From Neophaeotheca triangularis (taxonomy: Eukaryota), in NCBI GenBank assembly GCA_054600435.1, contig BAAIJX010000002.1, positions 868,001-932,000 on the forward strand: a DNA stretch of 64,000 nt. The letters run 5' to 3'. Shown piece after piece: positions 26,795 to 43,097 of the stretch. The translations under genes were made by a program, and so were the position numbers. The first letter of the stretch is position 1, and each line of letters opens with the position of its first letter. The notes beneath the pieces are model-generated. The model had not been told where the DNA came from and did no database searches. It saw nothing but the letters and a program-made list of their open reading frames with translations.

Positions 26795-26878
26795 CTATCC
26801 CCCTTTCAGCCTAGCTTCGTCCTCGAAGCCTGATAAAGTTCCGTCATTCCCCCCATCGTTTTGTCATCAAGTTTCGCG

Positions 26879-30838
<3,960 letters not shown>

Positions 30839-30851
<13 letters not shown>

Positions 30852-33058
30852 GAGAAGTAGGTAGATGAATCCGCTGTTTCGAGAGAAACTTCCTAGTAAA
30901 GGGGTCCGTCCCGAGGTCTGATCGTGACTTTTCCTTGGATTGCGTGTGCGGTGATGGGTCCTCGTGTGGTTGCTTTGATGTGTCCGAGAATCATCTTTCG
31001 GTCGACTAGTAGTAGAAATTCTTCGCGTGGTACTATCGTCTATTGGTCCAAGGAATCCTGTGCTCGTTTCTTCATTTCTTGAAGCGTGATTTCTTCTTTT
31101 CTCCATTGCTCCTAGATGAGCTGGAATTCTCTGTAACGATTCTTGACTGTCTTGACTCGTTGTCTCATAGAATGTGGGATCCGTATCCCGTCTGGCGTAA
31201 TGTAGCCGTTTTCTCCGTGAAAAGTGCTTCCCATTAGTGGCCTGTCCTGAACAAAGGTGGCAGCGTCATATTCGACGGCGACCTTTCGGTAGTCCTAGAA
31301 CATTGCTCGTAGTCGCATGAGCATGGCTTCAAATTGGTTGGGTTCCAAGCGTCGTTTGCCTTAGATCCTTGGGAACACTTCTTCGTACGATGGTGCGATG
31401 TGGGTGACCATTTTCTTGATTGGTGCGGGTCCTTCCACAATGAATTCTAAGGTATCGTTGTCGTCGGGTTCTTCGTCGTCGGTATATTCGTATTCGGAGT
31501 CGTCTTCGGAATCCGTCACTGTCGTACCCTCTTGCGATTCTGGAATCTCTAGAGGCATCGATAGTCTCAAAGGGCTAACCTCCGGTATTGGTACGATCGT
31601 AGTGAGTTCCGGTGTCTGAGATATATCTTCATTGTCTAAGTCAGGTGTTGGTGGTGCCATCATCGGTGATAGTGCTTGATTTTCTTGCAGTTTGTCGTCC
31701 TCCTATGCAAATAGAGGTGGGGACCTTCCTCGGGCTGCATTGCCGTCGTCCCTCGACTGCTGTAGTGGTTAGCGTCTTGACATCATGTTAAGTTCCTTCT
31801 AAGGCTTGCGTGGTTGCTTAGATTCTTCGTCTGCTGTAGCCTTAATCCTGTCGTTCAGATCTGCCATCTGATCGGCTACTTGAATCATGAGGTTGAAGTG
31901 TTCTTCGGTCCACTCCTCATAACTAACCAAGTCGTCGTGAAACTCCCTGAGCTTCTAGTATTGCTCGATTAGCGCGTCCGTTCCGGACTTCGGGGTAACT
32001 CGTTCGATGACGTTCACTTCCTTCCGAGGTTTGGTAGATATACTGTTAGTCACTAGTCCTTGACTTTTGTGCACTAAGCAATAATCCCTTTCGCAAAACC
32101 TCTAGTGAAGTTCGTCGTGTTCCGGTTCTTCGTAGGTTCCGGTGATGTCGTAAGCTCCGCGGCTCTTATCGGTAGGAGAGTCGTTATCCTGTCGGGTCAA
32201 AATCGCATTGACCTCCTGTCGTGGGCGCATCTGTTTCCCACGGCAGTCTCGTGCATAGTGCCCTATCTTGTGGCAGTTGTAGCATTCCGGTCCGTTCCGT
32301 TTCTTGCCTAGGGCGTTCTGTTTGCCCCGTCCTCTATCCCTACCTTTCCTAGGACGCTGTTGCGTGGAATCGAGTTCCATCGCATCAGGATCGCGACGTT
32401 GCTGACCGACAGGCCGGCTGCCGGTAGTATAGCCAGTTCGTCCGCGAAATTGTCCAGTGTGGCGTTTCTCCATAAACCGTTCGTAGAGAGCGTCATTAAC
32501 CTCGATCGCCGATTTGATCATACCGGGGAGAGTTGACTGATCGCCTCCGTGGCGCATGAGTTCGTCCTTCACGTTGTCCTTGAGTCCTCGATAGTACATG
32601 GTCATAAGAGCGTTGTCGTCCTAGTCAGTCTTGGCTGAGTGCTCCTAGAATTTGGCAGTGTACTAAGAGGCAGACGTTTTCTGCGTAAGGTGCTGAATCA
32701 TTCGGATAGCAACTTGTCGATCGTTGCTCAATCCATAGACGTTACGGATGACCTTGACAAAAGACTTCCAGTTCGAGAATAGTCCTTTAGGGTCGATTCG
32801 TTCCATGAGGAAATCCGTAAGCTTTAGGCGGATCTAGTGTTAAGCTTCTCCACGAAGGAAAGAAGCAGCAGTAAGAGGTTGCTTCTACTCACTGACGCTT
32901 TCCATGAGGAAGAACATCATCATCTGGTTGACCTAGTCGTCTAGCTTGTTACGTTCGCCGTAGAAGTAGTCCGGTTTGGCAACCTTGTTAGTAGCCATGG
33001 TCGATACTCCTCATTAGGTGCTGGCGACGCTTACGTCTCGGTTATCGGATGGGGACAT
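30839..33058 (-). pseudogene. B2 gag (739 codons) with CCHC zinc knuckle and long C-terminal extension
   Basis: ATG at 33058 is in frame with TAG at 30841-30839; YYRGLKDNVKDEL, DPDAMELD and CYNCHKIGHYARDC motifs; RIP stops. Confidence 0.9.
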
Positions 33059-33098
33059 ACTTGCCTATTGATCTCTCTTTCCTAGAGGGTGTTCAAAG

Positions 33099-33517
33099 TG
33101 TTGCGATCCTATAAGGTAGTCTCACGGGTAGAGCTCGTAGCGGAAGAGGAGAGATATCGAAGAAGGCTGGCAAGGGTGTTTCCTTTGTCGTAAGGATTTC
33201 AAAGATACGTGAAGTGTCGCTATAGACCTTTCAGTAAGATTGTAACATGAGTTGAACACAAATCTCTACCTAGGAAACATCGCTAGCTATATACATAGGA
33301 GATTCGTGTTAGATCAGTCCTTGACTGATCCATCGTGCTCAGGATCAGACTGATCCTGAGTGTCCTAGCTCAGACTCAGTCTGAGTCTGAGCGAGCATGC
33401 TCAGTTGAAGTCTAAGCGAACGTCTTGGCTGGTTCTGAGATCACGTGTTCGGCAAGCTTCAGGGCTAGACCCTGGCTCAGACTGGGAACTCCAGCTCTGC
33501 TCAGCTTGGCCGTAACA
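33099..33517 (-). repeat. B2 5' LTR
   Basis: Differs from 26376-26794 by about 12 transitions (manual count), all in CpA/TpG context. Confidence 0.95.
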
Positions 33518-33522
33518 ATAGA

Positions 33523-34573
33523 GTAATACTTAATATACCTCCTAAAGATAGGGATAAGATTAACTTAGTATTACTATTATTACTATTATTAATAGCTATA
33601 GTAGCTTTTCTCCCCTTCTTCTTAATAGACTTAGTATTCTTATTCTTCCTTATATCCTTCTTCTTCCTCCCCTCCTACTTATCCTTACTACTATCTTTAC
33701 CTTTCTTATACTATTTAGGTACCTACTTTAGGTACTATTTAAAGTATTTAGTATTAGTATGTTAATAGTAATTATATTAGGTATAAATATCGTCTTTTAC
33801 TATATCTATAAACCCCTATATCCTTCTCTATTACTAAGATAGGGGAGGTAAGGCCTTAAACTTAAGGCTAGTAATTATATCCTCTAAGCATTTTCCGCTT
33901 TAAGGGAGGTTATTATATCTCTAAGTCTTAAGCTACTCTACATTTAGAGTTCCCCCTTTAAAGAGAATCTTAATATAGTTATCTAGAAGACTAATACTTC
34001 TTACATTTATCTAGTTCCTTAGAGCTATCTACTAATCTATAGCTCTCTTAAAGGTCTAATAGGCTACTATAAACTCTTAGTAATACTTTAAGGTGTTTAT
34101 TCCCTATAGCTTAATGCTATAGAGGTTAGAGATAGCCTTATAGAGAGTAATTGTAATATTAGGCCTATAGATAGATTTAATATACTTAAATAGCTTATAG
34201 GCTATCTTGTATAATATGCTATAGTTAGGCCTATATTCGTCTAATAGCCTTTCTATAATAATGCTATATGTAAGTATATCTTTCTTATAGAACATAACTA
34301 TAGTATCTGTTATAGACATTAGTAGTTAGACTACCCTTAGTAGCTATTTAAGGTTATAAAATATATAGTTAAGATAGTCCTTATTAAGTAGCTTACTCTT
34401 TAGGATAGCCTTTTAGATACTAAAGGTTATATTCTTCTTAAGGATCTTATTATCCTTAGCTCCCTTATTGTTTGTGTCTATTTTGTTTAACTAGGGATAG
34501 TTATCCTAGGAATCGTTCGTAATTAGCTAGTTTCATGCTCGCTTATACAGATTGATACGCTAGGCTTATAACC
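33523..34573 (-). pseudogene. Copia A leader and gag remnant
   Basis: Lies between the B2 TSD and the A 5' LTR/PBS; extremely TA-rich; K/E-rich coding remnants. Confidence 0.6.
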
Positions 34574-34719
34574 TATTGTGATATGTAGCGGCACGAACTC
34601 GATTAATTGATTACTAAGGACTAAACTAGGTGCTTTGCAGCAAAGCCTGCAAAGACAGATTGCCGCTTCTGCCTCAGGCATGCGCTGTCACGTGCTGTGC
34701 AGTACAGCTCATTACAATA
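34574..34719 (-). repeat. Element A 5' LTR
   Basis: Direct repeat of 1907-2052, followed by TSD GCCGC. Confidence 0.93.
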
Positions 34720-34950
34720 GCCGCTTCAGGCCGGTCTTGGCGGCATACAGACACACATCCATCGTACCTCAAACTACTAGTATTACTTTCCACATTCCCA
34801 TCTGATACTGATACTTACATAGACATAACCCTGTTCTCCTGGTGCAGAGCGCAATCGAACGCTACGTGCGACGACCAGCTTTATTCCCACGGCTGGCTGA
34901 GCAACAACTAAAGCTACCAATCCCCATCCTTTAAACATAAGTTGCAGCCA

Positions 34951-36207
34951 TTAGGCAGCCCTCTGAAATATCTCCTGTGCTTCAAAGACTCCCTCTGATG
35001 ATCGACCAACAAGCTGCGTATAGATGTCAGGGTCAGTGACACCCTCAAGACCAAACACAATAGCTCGACTGTCGACCTCGAGCCCAAGCTTACCCCTAAG
35101 GTCAGCACTATGCTCTGCTTCCGCCAAGATACCTATACTCGCAGCCGAAGACTCGCCAACGACCAGCGGCACGTCTCCTTCACTTCCACTAGCCAATATC
35201 CGCATGCCATCGTGAGCGTACCCATCGGGCACTGCTATGAAGTCGCTAGCAAGCCAGCGGAGCATCTTCCAAGCGGCAGGAGAAGGCGTACGGCACGCTA
35301 GCCCGGCCATGCAAGTCTGCAATGTACCTTCCGACTGCCTTAACTCCCCGTCCCTTGCGCTTTGCAAAAGGCAGTCGGCCTCGGAAGGCTCGACGAGGAC
35401 GAAGCGCGGGAGCGATGTCGTCTCGACTCCCTTTGCGCAGAGATGTGTGTAGAAGCCCTGGAAGATGGCGGCGCCAATGCTGCCAACACCGCCGCACACA
35501 AAGACGTGCGTGATTTCGTTGAGCGAGGGGAGCTCGGAGATTGTCTCGTGAACAACCGTCATGTAAGCGTTCATGACGTGCTGGGCCACGTCGTTGTCGA
35601 AGTCTGTCCACGAGGTGCTGCTGACAAAGTACCAGCCGTTCATGCGAGCATCCTCTTTGGCACGGCTCACGGAAGCCTCGTACTCGCCGTCGATACGTAT
35701 GACAATGGCCCCGTAGTCCGTCATCTTCGTCTTGCGACCTTCGCTCACGTGCGAATGGATGTAGGTGACGCAGCGGCAGTTAAAGATCTTGGCACCGTAC
35801 GCAAGACCCCGTCCTTGGTTGCCATCGGTGGCTACGCACACGGTGATTTTCCTGGTAACGTCGCGGTACTTGGATGTGCGAAGCTCCGCAGACGTGGGCC
35901 GGACACCACACGCCTTGTACACCTCGTTGGACAGGATCTTGAAGACGGCATAGGGAGCGCCGAGAGCTTTGAATGAGCCCAAATCGGTACCGAAGCGCTT
36001 GCTCTCGTCTTTAACGTAGAGTTGGTCGATGCCGATTTTTCTTGCGTAGTTTGAGAGGCGGTGTAATGGCTGGGGGGCGTATTCGGGCCAGGTGACAATC
36101 TCGTTGACAGCGGCGGTCCAGTCGGCGAGGTTGCGCATACATGTCGCGGCCCTGACTTCTGCATCGCGGTCGAAGCGTATTGGGTTCGGTACGTGAGAGA
36201 GTGACAT
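34951..36207 (-). CDS. Diaminopropionate ammonia-lyase-like PLP-dependent enzyme (fold type II), intronless
   Basis: YVKDESKRFG..LGSFKALGA (PLP lysine), ATDGNQGR, THVFVCGGVG, CMAGLAC, GESSAA and EGVTDP motifs. Confidence 0.88.
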   Translation of the reverse strand: MSLSHVPNPIRFDRDAEVRAATCMRNLADWTAAVNEIVTWPEYAPQPLHRLSNYARKIGIDQLYVKDESKRFGTDLGSFKALGAPYAVFKILSNEVYKACGVRPTSAELRTSKYRDVTRKITVCVATDGNQGRGLAYGAKIFNCRCVTYIHSHVSEGRKTKMTDYGAIVIRIDGEYEASVSRAKEDARMNGWYFVSSTSWTDFDNDVAQHVMNAYMTVVHETISELPSLNEITHVFVCGGVGSIGAAIFQGFYTHLCAKGVETTSLPRFVLVEPSEADCLLQSARDGELRQSEGTLQTCMAGLACRTPSPAAWKMLRWLASDFIAVPDGYAHDGMRILASGSEGDVPLVVGESSAASIGILAEAEHSADLRGKLGLEVDSRAIVFGLEGVTDPDIYTQLVGRSSEGVFEAQEIFQRAA

Positions 36208-36753
36208 GTTGATGCAGTGTGATGCTTGGTTTGGACACAAAGTAATAAGACTCAAAGTAAGACTCGATGCAACAACACGGCCCGAAGATAAATACTAAGC
36301 GCAACAGATTGTCGACATCGTTGAGTCATTTCCAATCCCCACCAGCCGCATACAATCGGCATAGCAATTTCCTCGAGATTGTTGCAAACGTACTATATTG
36401 TGAATGTGCGTACATGTTTGGGTTGTAGCAAGCTACTATACCCACTCTGCTGCTGCGCTGCAATTGGCCAGCGTCTCAAAAGCGCGAAGCAGCCAATCAC
36501 AACGCCTTTTGAATAAAGAAGCTTGAGCTTAATTCAGCTTGGCATATGAGGTGAGGTTGCATTCCGCCTTCGTCGCGTCCTTTCGGCCCTCAAGAGTGCA
36601 TGTATATACATCGACACGCTCCCCGAGCAGTCCAATGCCACCATGTCACATTCTTACGACTGTTATTGCCCAACATTCGGCGGCGTCTCAGACTGGCTGT
36701 GTCATCCTCCCTACGATTTGCTTTAGTAGTACCCGATATCTCCTCGTCGATCC

Positions 36754-38112
36754 ATGTTATTCCGCAAGATCGAAACCGAAGCCGGGCCTGCCCCTGATGG
36801 TGGCGCGACGGCCTGGCTACAGGTCCTCGCCGGCTGTCTCACCAACGCTCTCACCTGGGGTTACTCGGCCTCCTTCGGCGTGTACCAGCTCTATTACACC
36901 ACCACAAGGTCCTTCCCTCCCTCACAAGTCTCCTGGATCGGCTCCGTGCAAGTCTTTCTGACCTTCTTCATCGGCGTCTTGTCCGGTCGCGCGGCGGATG
37001 CGGGTTACGCGCAGGAGACTCTGCTCTTGGGTGTCTTTCTCGGCGTGTTTGGGACCTTCATGACGAGCTTGGCCGACCAGTACTGGCAGATTTTCCTGGC
37101 TCAGGGGGTCTGTACCGGCCTGGGGATGGGCTTGATGTATATGCCTGCCGTGGTGGTGGTCAGTTCGTACTTTCAGAAGCGGAAGAGATTGGCCTTGACC
37201 ACGGCGGCTTCGGGCGGTGGCTTCGGAAGCGTTGTATTCCCCCTGGTGATACAGAATGTGCAGACCAAGGTCGGTACGTCGAATCTTTCGCGCTGCGGTC
37301 TTGAATATCACTGACTCCAACAAGGCTTTGCCTGGGCTGTTCGCGTTCAAGGTTTCATAGCCCTTGTCTTCGGCATCGTCATCATGGTCCTGCTGCAACC
37401 GCGCTTACCTCCGAGAAAGTCTGGGCCACTTGTCGAGAGACGGGCTTTTCTGGAACCATGCTACGCCTTATTCACTATCGGCATGTTTCTAATCTTCTGG
37501 GCGTTGTACTTCGCCCTCTTCTATCTCAACACCTACGCCACATCCGTGGTTGGGCTCTCGGCCGAAACGGCCGCAAATCTCCTCGTCATCGTCAACGCCG
37601 TGACGATACCTGCACGTCCCGCCCTGGGCTACGTCGCCGATACCTGGCTCGAGCCGTTGCTCACAATGGCGCTAGTAACCATGTTCCTAGCTTGCATGCT
37701 GTTCGTCTGGATCCCTGTCAAGACAGCCGGAGCTCTGTACGCTTGGTCAGTCTTCTACGGCTTGGCCACGGGGGGAGCACAGGGCATGTTCGTCGGTGCT
37801 CTAGGATCTCTCACTCACGACTCTGCAAAAATGGGGACTAGGTTCGGCATGGTCTGCTCTGTACTGGCGTTTGCGACTTTGGCGGGCCCGCCGACTGCGG
37901 GAGGAATTATCGAGACTATGGGTGGTAGTTTTCTGGGAGCTCAGGTTTGGGCGGGAACGATCACCATGGTCGGAGGTCTTTTGATTGGGGCAGCGCTGTG
38001 GGCAGACAGGAGAGCTCGTCGTGGGAGTCAAAAGAGCGAACAAACTTTGGCATCTTTTGAGGCCAGTGTGTGTGTTGCTGAGGGGCTGGAGTGCTCTAAT
38101 AAGCTTCAGTAG
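36754..38112 (+). CDS. MFS monocarboxylate-porter-type (MCH-like) transporter; intron 37274-37324; 5' end uncertain
   Basis: PDGGATAWLQV, WGYSASFGVYQ, SWIGSVQ, YWQIFLAQG and GTRFGM motifs; the GTACGT...CTGAC...AG intron joins two ORFs in frame. Confidence 0.9.
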
Positions 38113-38553
38113 TACAACACTGTACCGCTTCCAACCGCCGAAGAAACGAAGGAGGACCTGCTGACTATTGTGATCGCGTTGCAATGCACTTGGAATACAT
38201 CGGTGCAAAGATTGCTATAACCTACGGCTTAGAAGATGTTGATAGAAAACCTCGTTGCCTAAATGGACCACGTGCCATTAGCTTTGATGAGCCTTTGCCT
38301 TGATCGTTGCGCATAAAACACCGAGTAAATCAAGAACGGTATGACCCGGAGACAGCGAATGAGCTGACTGGAGTCGGAAGAGCGTGATGGTGCAAGAGAT
38401 GGTTGACATGGATGTCGAGGTTTTGATAGACGATTCAACCTAACACTAACCCTGGAAACTTCGAGGGTATCCCATCCCACAACTTTGACTGCTAGTACAT
38501 ACCTAACTTTAATCATATGCTACCATACTACAACTAGCAGTGAACCCTCCAAC

Positions 38554-39615
38554 ATGGCCGACCAATACATCCTCTCCGTCACAGCCGGACCCAACTACAC
38601 AGACCAAAAACCCATTCCCATCAACACGTCGGAAAGCACCAAGATCTCGTCTGAACACCTGACAGCCAACCTCTCAATCCGCATCCAAAACTACCGCGGC
38701 CTCCCCACCAACTCGCCCAAAACCTCCCCCTACTTCTCCACATCCCAGCACTCCTCCGACCTCTACAGCCTCGCCTTCAGCTTTACGCCCAAAACCGACT
38801 TCAACGCCCACGACATCGTCTTCGGGAACGACTTCGACCACCCGATCCGCGACAAACTCCCGCCGGGCTTCCAGCAAGCTTTCAACCTCGTCAAGTGGTT
38901 CATCGACCCGGGTCTGTACGGCGATGTCTACGCCGACGAACCGTATTTGTACGGCCCGCTGCTGAGCTCGATTAATACTTTCCGTGTCGGGCCGAGGGAT
39001 GATGCGGAGCAAGAGCGGGTCGAGGAGATGAGGGCGGACGAGGAGGTGCCGTTGGTGCTTGAGGGAGCGGATGGGGACGGCGCGGTTGTCAGGGAGGCGG
39101 CGGGGATGCCGGCTGAGGGCGCCGCGAGGAAGAAGTGGGCGCTTACTCAGGGGAATTTGCGGAAGTTTACGTTTGAGAAGGGCAGAGAGTATTCGTGTGA
39201 TTTTTTTAATCCTTACTTGGATTTCAACGGTGAGAGATTTTTGCTTGAGAATGGTTTTGTTGAAGATGCGTGCAAGTGCTGACGGTTTTGGTTTCACAGA
39301 TTTCGCGGTTAAGCTGCCTAGCTTTGCGCTCTTCCCGGGTGTCACGATTCCCATCATCAGTTATTGGGATGGCCAGCCCCTTCGGTAGGTTGCCATCTGA
39401 AATTTGAAGATATTCCCCACTGTGGCGGCGAAGAAAAGTCTAACACGCTAACGTCAAGTTCGCACACTCTTAGATATGTGCTGAAGAACCGAGCTACGGA
39501 TGAGCCCCTTTTTGTCGTCGTTTTCACGCTGGTTCCGAAGGATCAGGCGGCAGGGGGCAATGTTGGTGCTGGGGGGAAGGAGAAGACTGGTGGCAACGAC
39601 GATGATCTCGATTGA
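38554..39615 (+). CDS. DUF1769-family conserved fungal protein (two introns)
   Basis: VRIQNYRG-like, FGNDFDHPIRDKLPPGF, WFIDPGLYGDVYADEPYLYGP, DFFNPYLDFN, YWDGQPLR and LRYVLKNR motifs; introns at ~39229-39299 and ~39385-39458. Confidence 0.82.
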
Positions 39616-40004
39616 GTTGCTTGAAGACTCTTGGCCGAGCAATGTCTCGCTTTTTGTTGCAGCTCCTGCGATCGTCACGGTATCTCAGGACCTGCGCCCC
39701 TGAAGCAATACGCCTGGACAGAACGACACACGATTTTCGCGGCTTAGCATGCGTTGAAGTTGTCACCTCAGCATTCGGACTCTGCGGCTGCCTCACTTAC
39801 GAACATCACAACAAGCCGAGCTCACAGCGATTCGGCCATGGCAATATCGCTTAACGTTATAGCTGCTCCCGAATTCCGTCCGAAGACCCCGATCAGCCGT
39901 CCAAGATGACCACCACGCCCTCACGAAGATTGGCAAAGATACCCCCAGCAAAGCCCCAGACAACTTATTACAAATAACGAAAGGCTCAACCCTTCTCATC
40001 CTGT

Positions 40005-40991
40005 TTACTCAGCATTCTCCTCTCTCCTCACCGTACCCCCATGAAGCAATCGCGCAACCTCCTCCGCGGTCCTACCCTCCCTCCTCTCCTCCGTCCTCTC
40101 CTCCGTCCTCTCACCACCTAACACCTTCTCCTCCCCAACCACGCGAGAAACCCCAGCAATCTGCCAGAAAACATCATCCCCCCCCCCCCCCCTCTCCGAG
40201 GCAAAAGCCGCATTAATCTCCCCCATCTCGCCCGCCCATCTATAAGCCTTGGGCGGCACGGCGGGCAAACTCGACTCCGCCCACTCCAGCGCCGTCGGGT
40301 TCGCTCCCCGAGCTCCCGCTTTAGCTCCGACAAGATCTCAAGCACGTGTGCCTTCGTGTATGCTTGCAAAGCCAGCGCCATGAAGCCCTTTGCAAGCGTG
40401 CCGAACATTATCTTCCGACCCCTGAAGCCGCGCCTATGGTCGCGGAGATGATGCTTATGTTTAGAAGCGCTGGGAGTGCGGGGTCGAGACGGTGGGTGGG
40501 GTGCTGGGGCTCGAGACGGGGATACTGGGGCGGCACCGGGCGATGATGCCGCTTTCGTGGTAGAGGAGGTTGTTGCTTTATTGGGAGAGAAGAGTGGCGA
40601 TGTCGTGGGAGGTCTGTGGGGAGATGGCGTTCTGGTTGAGGTAGTGGCGGGGTTCTTTTTGGCTTTGCCACCGGTGGGGGTTGGAGGTGGAGGTGGAGGT
40701 GGAGGTGCAAGTGGTGTTGGCGGCGATGGCTATGCGTTTTGCCACGGCTACAGCGTCGCGCGGAGGCACGATGGCGAGAGTGTAGTCGGCTTCTTGCACC
40801 GAGGCGACGTCGCTGGGGCTGAGGTGGATGCCGTTTGTTTTTGGCGCCGGCTTGGGTTGCGGAGCCGCGGTCGCGGACGTTTGTTGTGATGCTGTAGTTT
40901 GGAGAGAGTAGGAGGTGTGCGATTCCCAAGGCCCATGTCGCCGATGGAGATGATGCCGATGGTTAGGGGTTGGGGACCGGGGGTCTGCCAT
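40005..40991 (-). pseudogene. Frameshifted NAD(P)-binding 6-phosphogluconate-dehydrogenase-like (DUF1932-type) gene
   Basis: Fragments in different frames: GIISIGDMG, ADYTLAIVPPRDA, YLNQNAISP, KGFMALALQ, VPPKAYRWAGEMGEI. Confidence 0.75.
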
Positions 40992-41822
40992 GGTGGGTCA
41001 TGCAGGGTTGCTGTTTAGAGCGCTACATATATGGCCTTGGCTGCGATTATCCAGACGGGACTTGGGCTTGAACTCGAAGACTGAGATTTGCTGTGGACAG
41101 GACATTTGTGTAACCAGCGATTACCTTACGCATTGTTTCTCATGCTCGTCTTGATGTGTTGCCATCCCGTATCTCTTTGCCTTTTGATTGGCTCGACGGA
41201 TGGCGATGTCGGAGACAACCTGCTCTGTATTTACTGTAGCAAGCTGACCTCGTCTCGTCTCTCTTCTCTTTACTTCATCCCACTTCTCACCTCCTCCGAG
41301 TGACATACGACTGCAGTGGGAACATCCCATCACATGATTTCATCAGAGGATACGGTGTAGATGGGTCTCTCCTTGAAAATCACTAGATGGCGGCAGACTT
41401 TTGGTTGATGAGCGGGCACCGTGGTTCAGAATCCTACGGTGGCTTGCCCAGATACCCAGCTATATGGCTCCCTAGACGAGGAACTTCAACCACGGCCCAT
41501 GGGACGATGGTTCCAGCGGATCTGCCGTTTTTCGTCGTCTTGGCACTGCTCCTGAACGATCATTGTCAACTGGATAAAATCCGAGCAATGCCGATCCCCT
41601 AGAAGACCACCGCCTTCTCCTAGCCTTAGGCTCTATCACGATACCGCAAGAGCCATCATTGAGCGCCCGGGGACGTGGAATGGTGTGATCTACTCGTTTG
41701 ACAGACTTAAAATCGGGTACTGCCATGATTTCTGGATGCCTTTTGCAATGTAAATGCCGTTCTGGAGCAAATGTACAAGGTGACGGCCTATATACATCCT
41801 CTGGATCATTACTCTTCCCACC

Positions 41823-43097
41823 ATGTCCACGACTACCCAGCTCATCTCCCAACATCGGCCCGATCTTGCGCAATATGAAGAACTTTACAAGCACTTTCAC
41901 GCCAACCCCGAGCTCTCCAACCAAGAAAAAGACACTGCAGCGACCCTCGTCCGCCGTCTTCACGCCCTCTCACCAGACCTAAATATTCGCTCAAACATTG
42001 GCGGATATGGCATCGCCGCCGTTCTTCACAATGGTCCCGGCCAGACAATCCTTTTGCGTGCTGATTTCGACGCTCTTCCGGTTGAAGAACGCACCGGCCT
42101 GCCTTATGCCAGCACAAAACGCATGGTGGACTCTGACGGTGTAGAGAAACCCGTCATGCATGCCTGCGGTCACGACATGCACATCACCTGCCTTCTAGCT
42201 GCCGCAGAAACGCTCGTTTCGGCGAAGGAAGCTTGGTCCGGGTCCTTGGTCTTCATCTTCCAGCCTGCAGAGGAAAAGGGCACAGGCGCGCGAGCCATGG
42301 TCGATGATGGTCTGTACAAGAGGCACGGTGTACCCATTCCCGATGCGGCTGTAGGCGCGCACGTCATGCCTCTTCGTGCCGGCATGATCGGGACCAAGCG
42401 AGGTACGGTTGCCGGCTCGTCAGACTCGATGCGGGTGACGCTCCACGGTAGGGGCGGGCACGCAAGCATGCCAGACCGTCTTATCGACCCCGTCGTCATG
42501 GCCGCGAGCACAGTCAAGAAACTCCAAACCATCGTCAGCCGCGAAGTGGCCTCGGAAGATAGCGCGGTAGTCACAGTCGCCTCGATCCAAGCCGGCGACG
42601 CCGAGAACATCGTCAGCGACGACGCGCGCCTCGCCATCAATGTCCGCGCCATCAACGCCCGCACCCGCCAAAAAGTCCTCGAAAGCATCAAACGCATTGC
42701 CAAAGCCGAAGCGCTCGCGGGCAATGCAGTCGCCGAGCCCACTTTCGTCAACACCAGCAGCTTACCCCTGACCATCAACGACGACGCCGTAACCGGTAAG
42801 CTGGAAACGGCTTTCCGCTCGCACTTCACCGAAGCCCCGCACGCTTTCCGCACAGATCTGCCACGTATGGGTGGCAGCGAGGATTTCAGCGTCCTGGGCA
42901 CTTCCGTCGACCGGCCTGTCTCGTTCTTCGCTTACGGTGGCACGGATCCTGAATTCTGGGATACGTGTGGGAGGCAAGGCACGATGAACAAGGTGCCGGT
43001 CAACCATAGTGCGCTGTTTGCGCCGATTATTATGCCCACATTGCGGACGGGCGTTGATGGCTATGTTGCTGCTGCCTTGGCGTTTCTGGCCAAGTAG
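41823..43097 (+). CDS. Peptidase M20D amidohydrolase (hippurate hydrolase-like), intronless
   Basis: HANPELSNQE, LLRADFDALP, MHACGHDMH, FQPAEE, GRGGHAS, GSEDF and NHS motifs. Confidence 0.93.
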   Translation: MSTTTQLISQHRPDLAQYEELYKHFHANPELSNQEKDTAATLVRRLHALSPDLNIRSNIGGYGIAAVLHNGPGQTILLRADFDALPVEERTGLPYASTKRMVDSDGVEKPVMHACGHDMHITCLLAAAETLVSAKEAWSGSLVFIFQPAEEKGTGARAMVDDGLYKRHGVPIPDAAVGAHVMPLRAGMIGTKRGTVAGSSDSMRVTLHGRGGHASMPDRLIDPVVMAASTVKKLQTIVSREVASEDSAVVTVASIQAGDAENIVSDDARLAINVRAINARTRQKVLESIKRIAKAEALAGNAVAEPTFVNTSSLPLTINDDAVTGKLETAFRSHFTEAPHAFRTDLPRMGGSEDFSVLGTSVDRPVSFFAYGGTDPEFWDTCGRQGTMNKVPVNHSALFAPIIMPTLRTGVDGYVAAALAFLAK

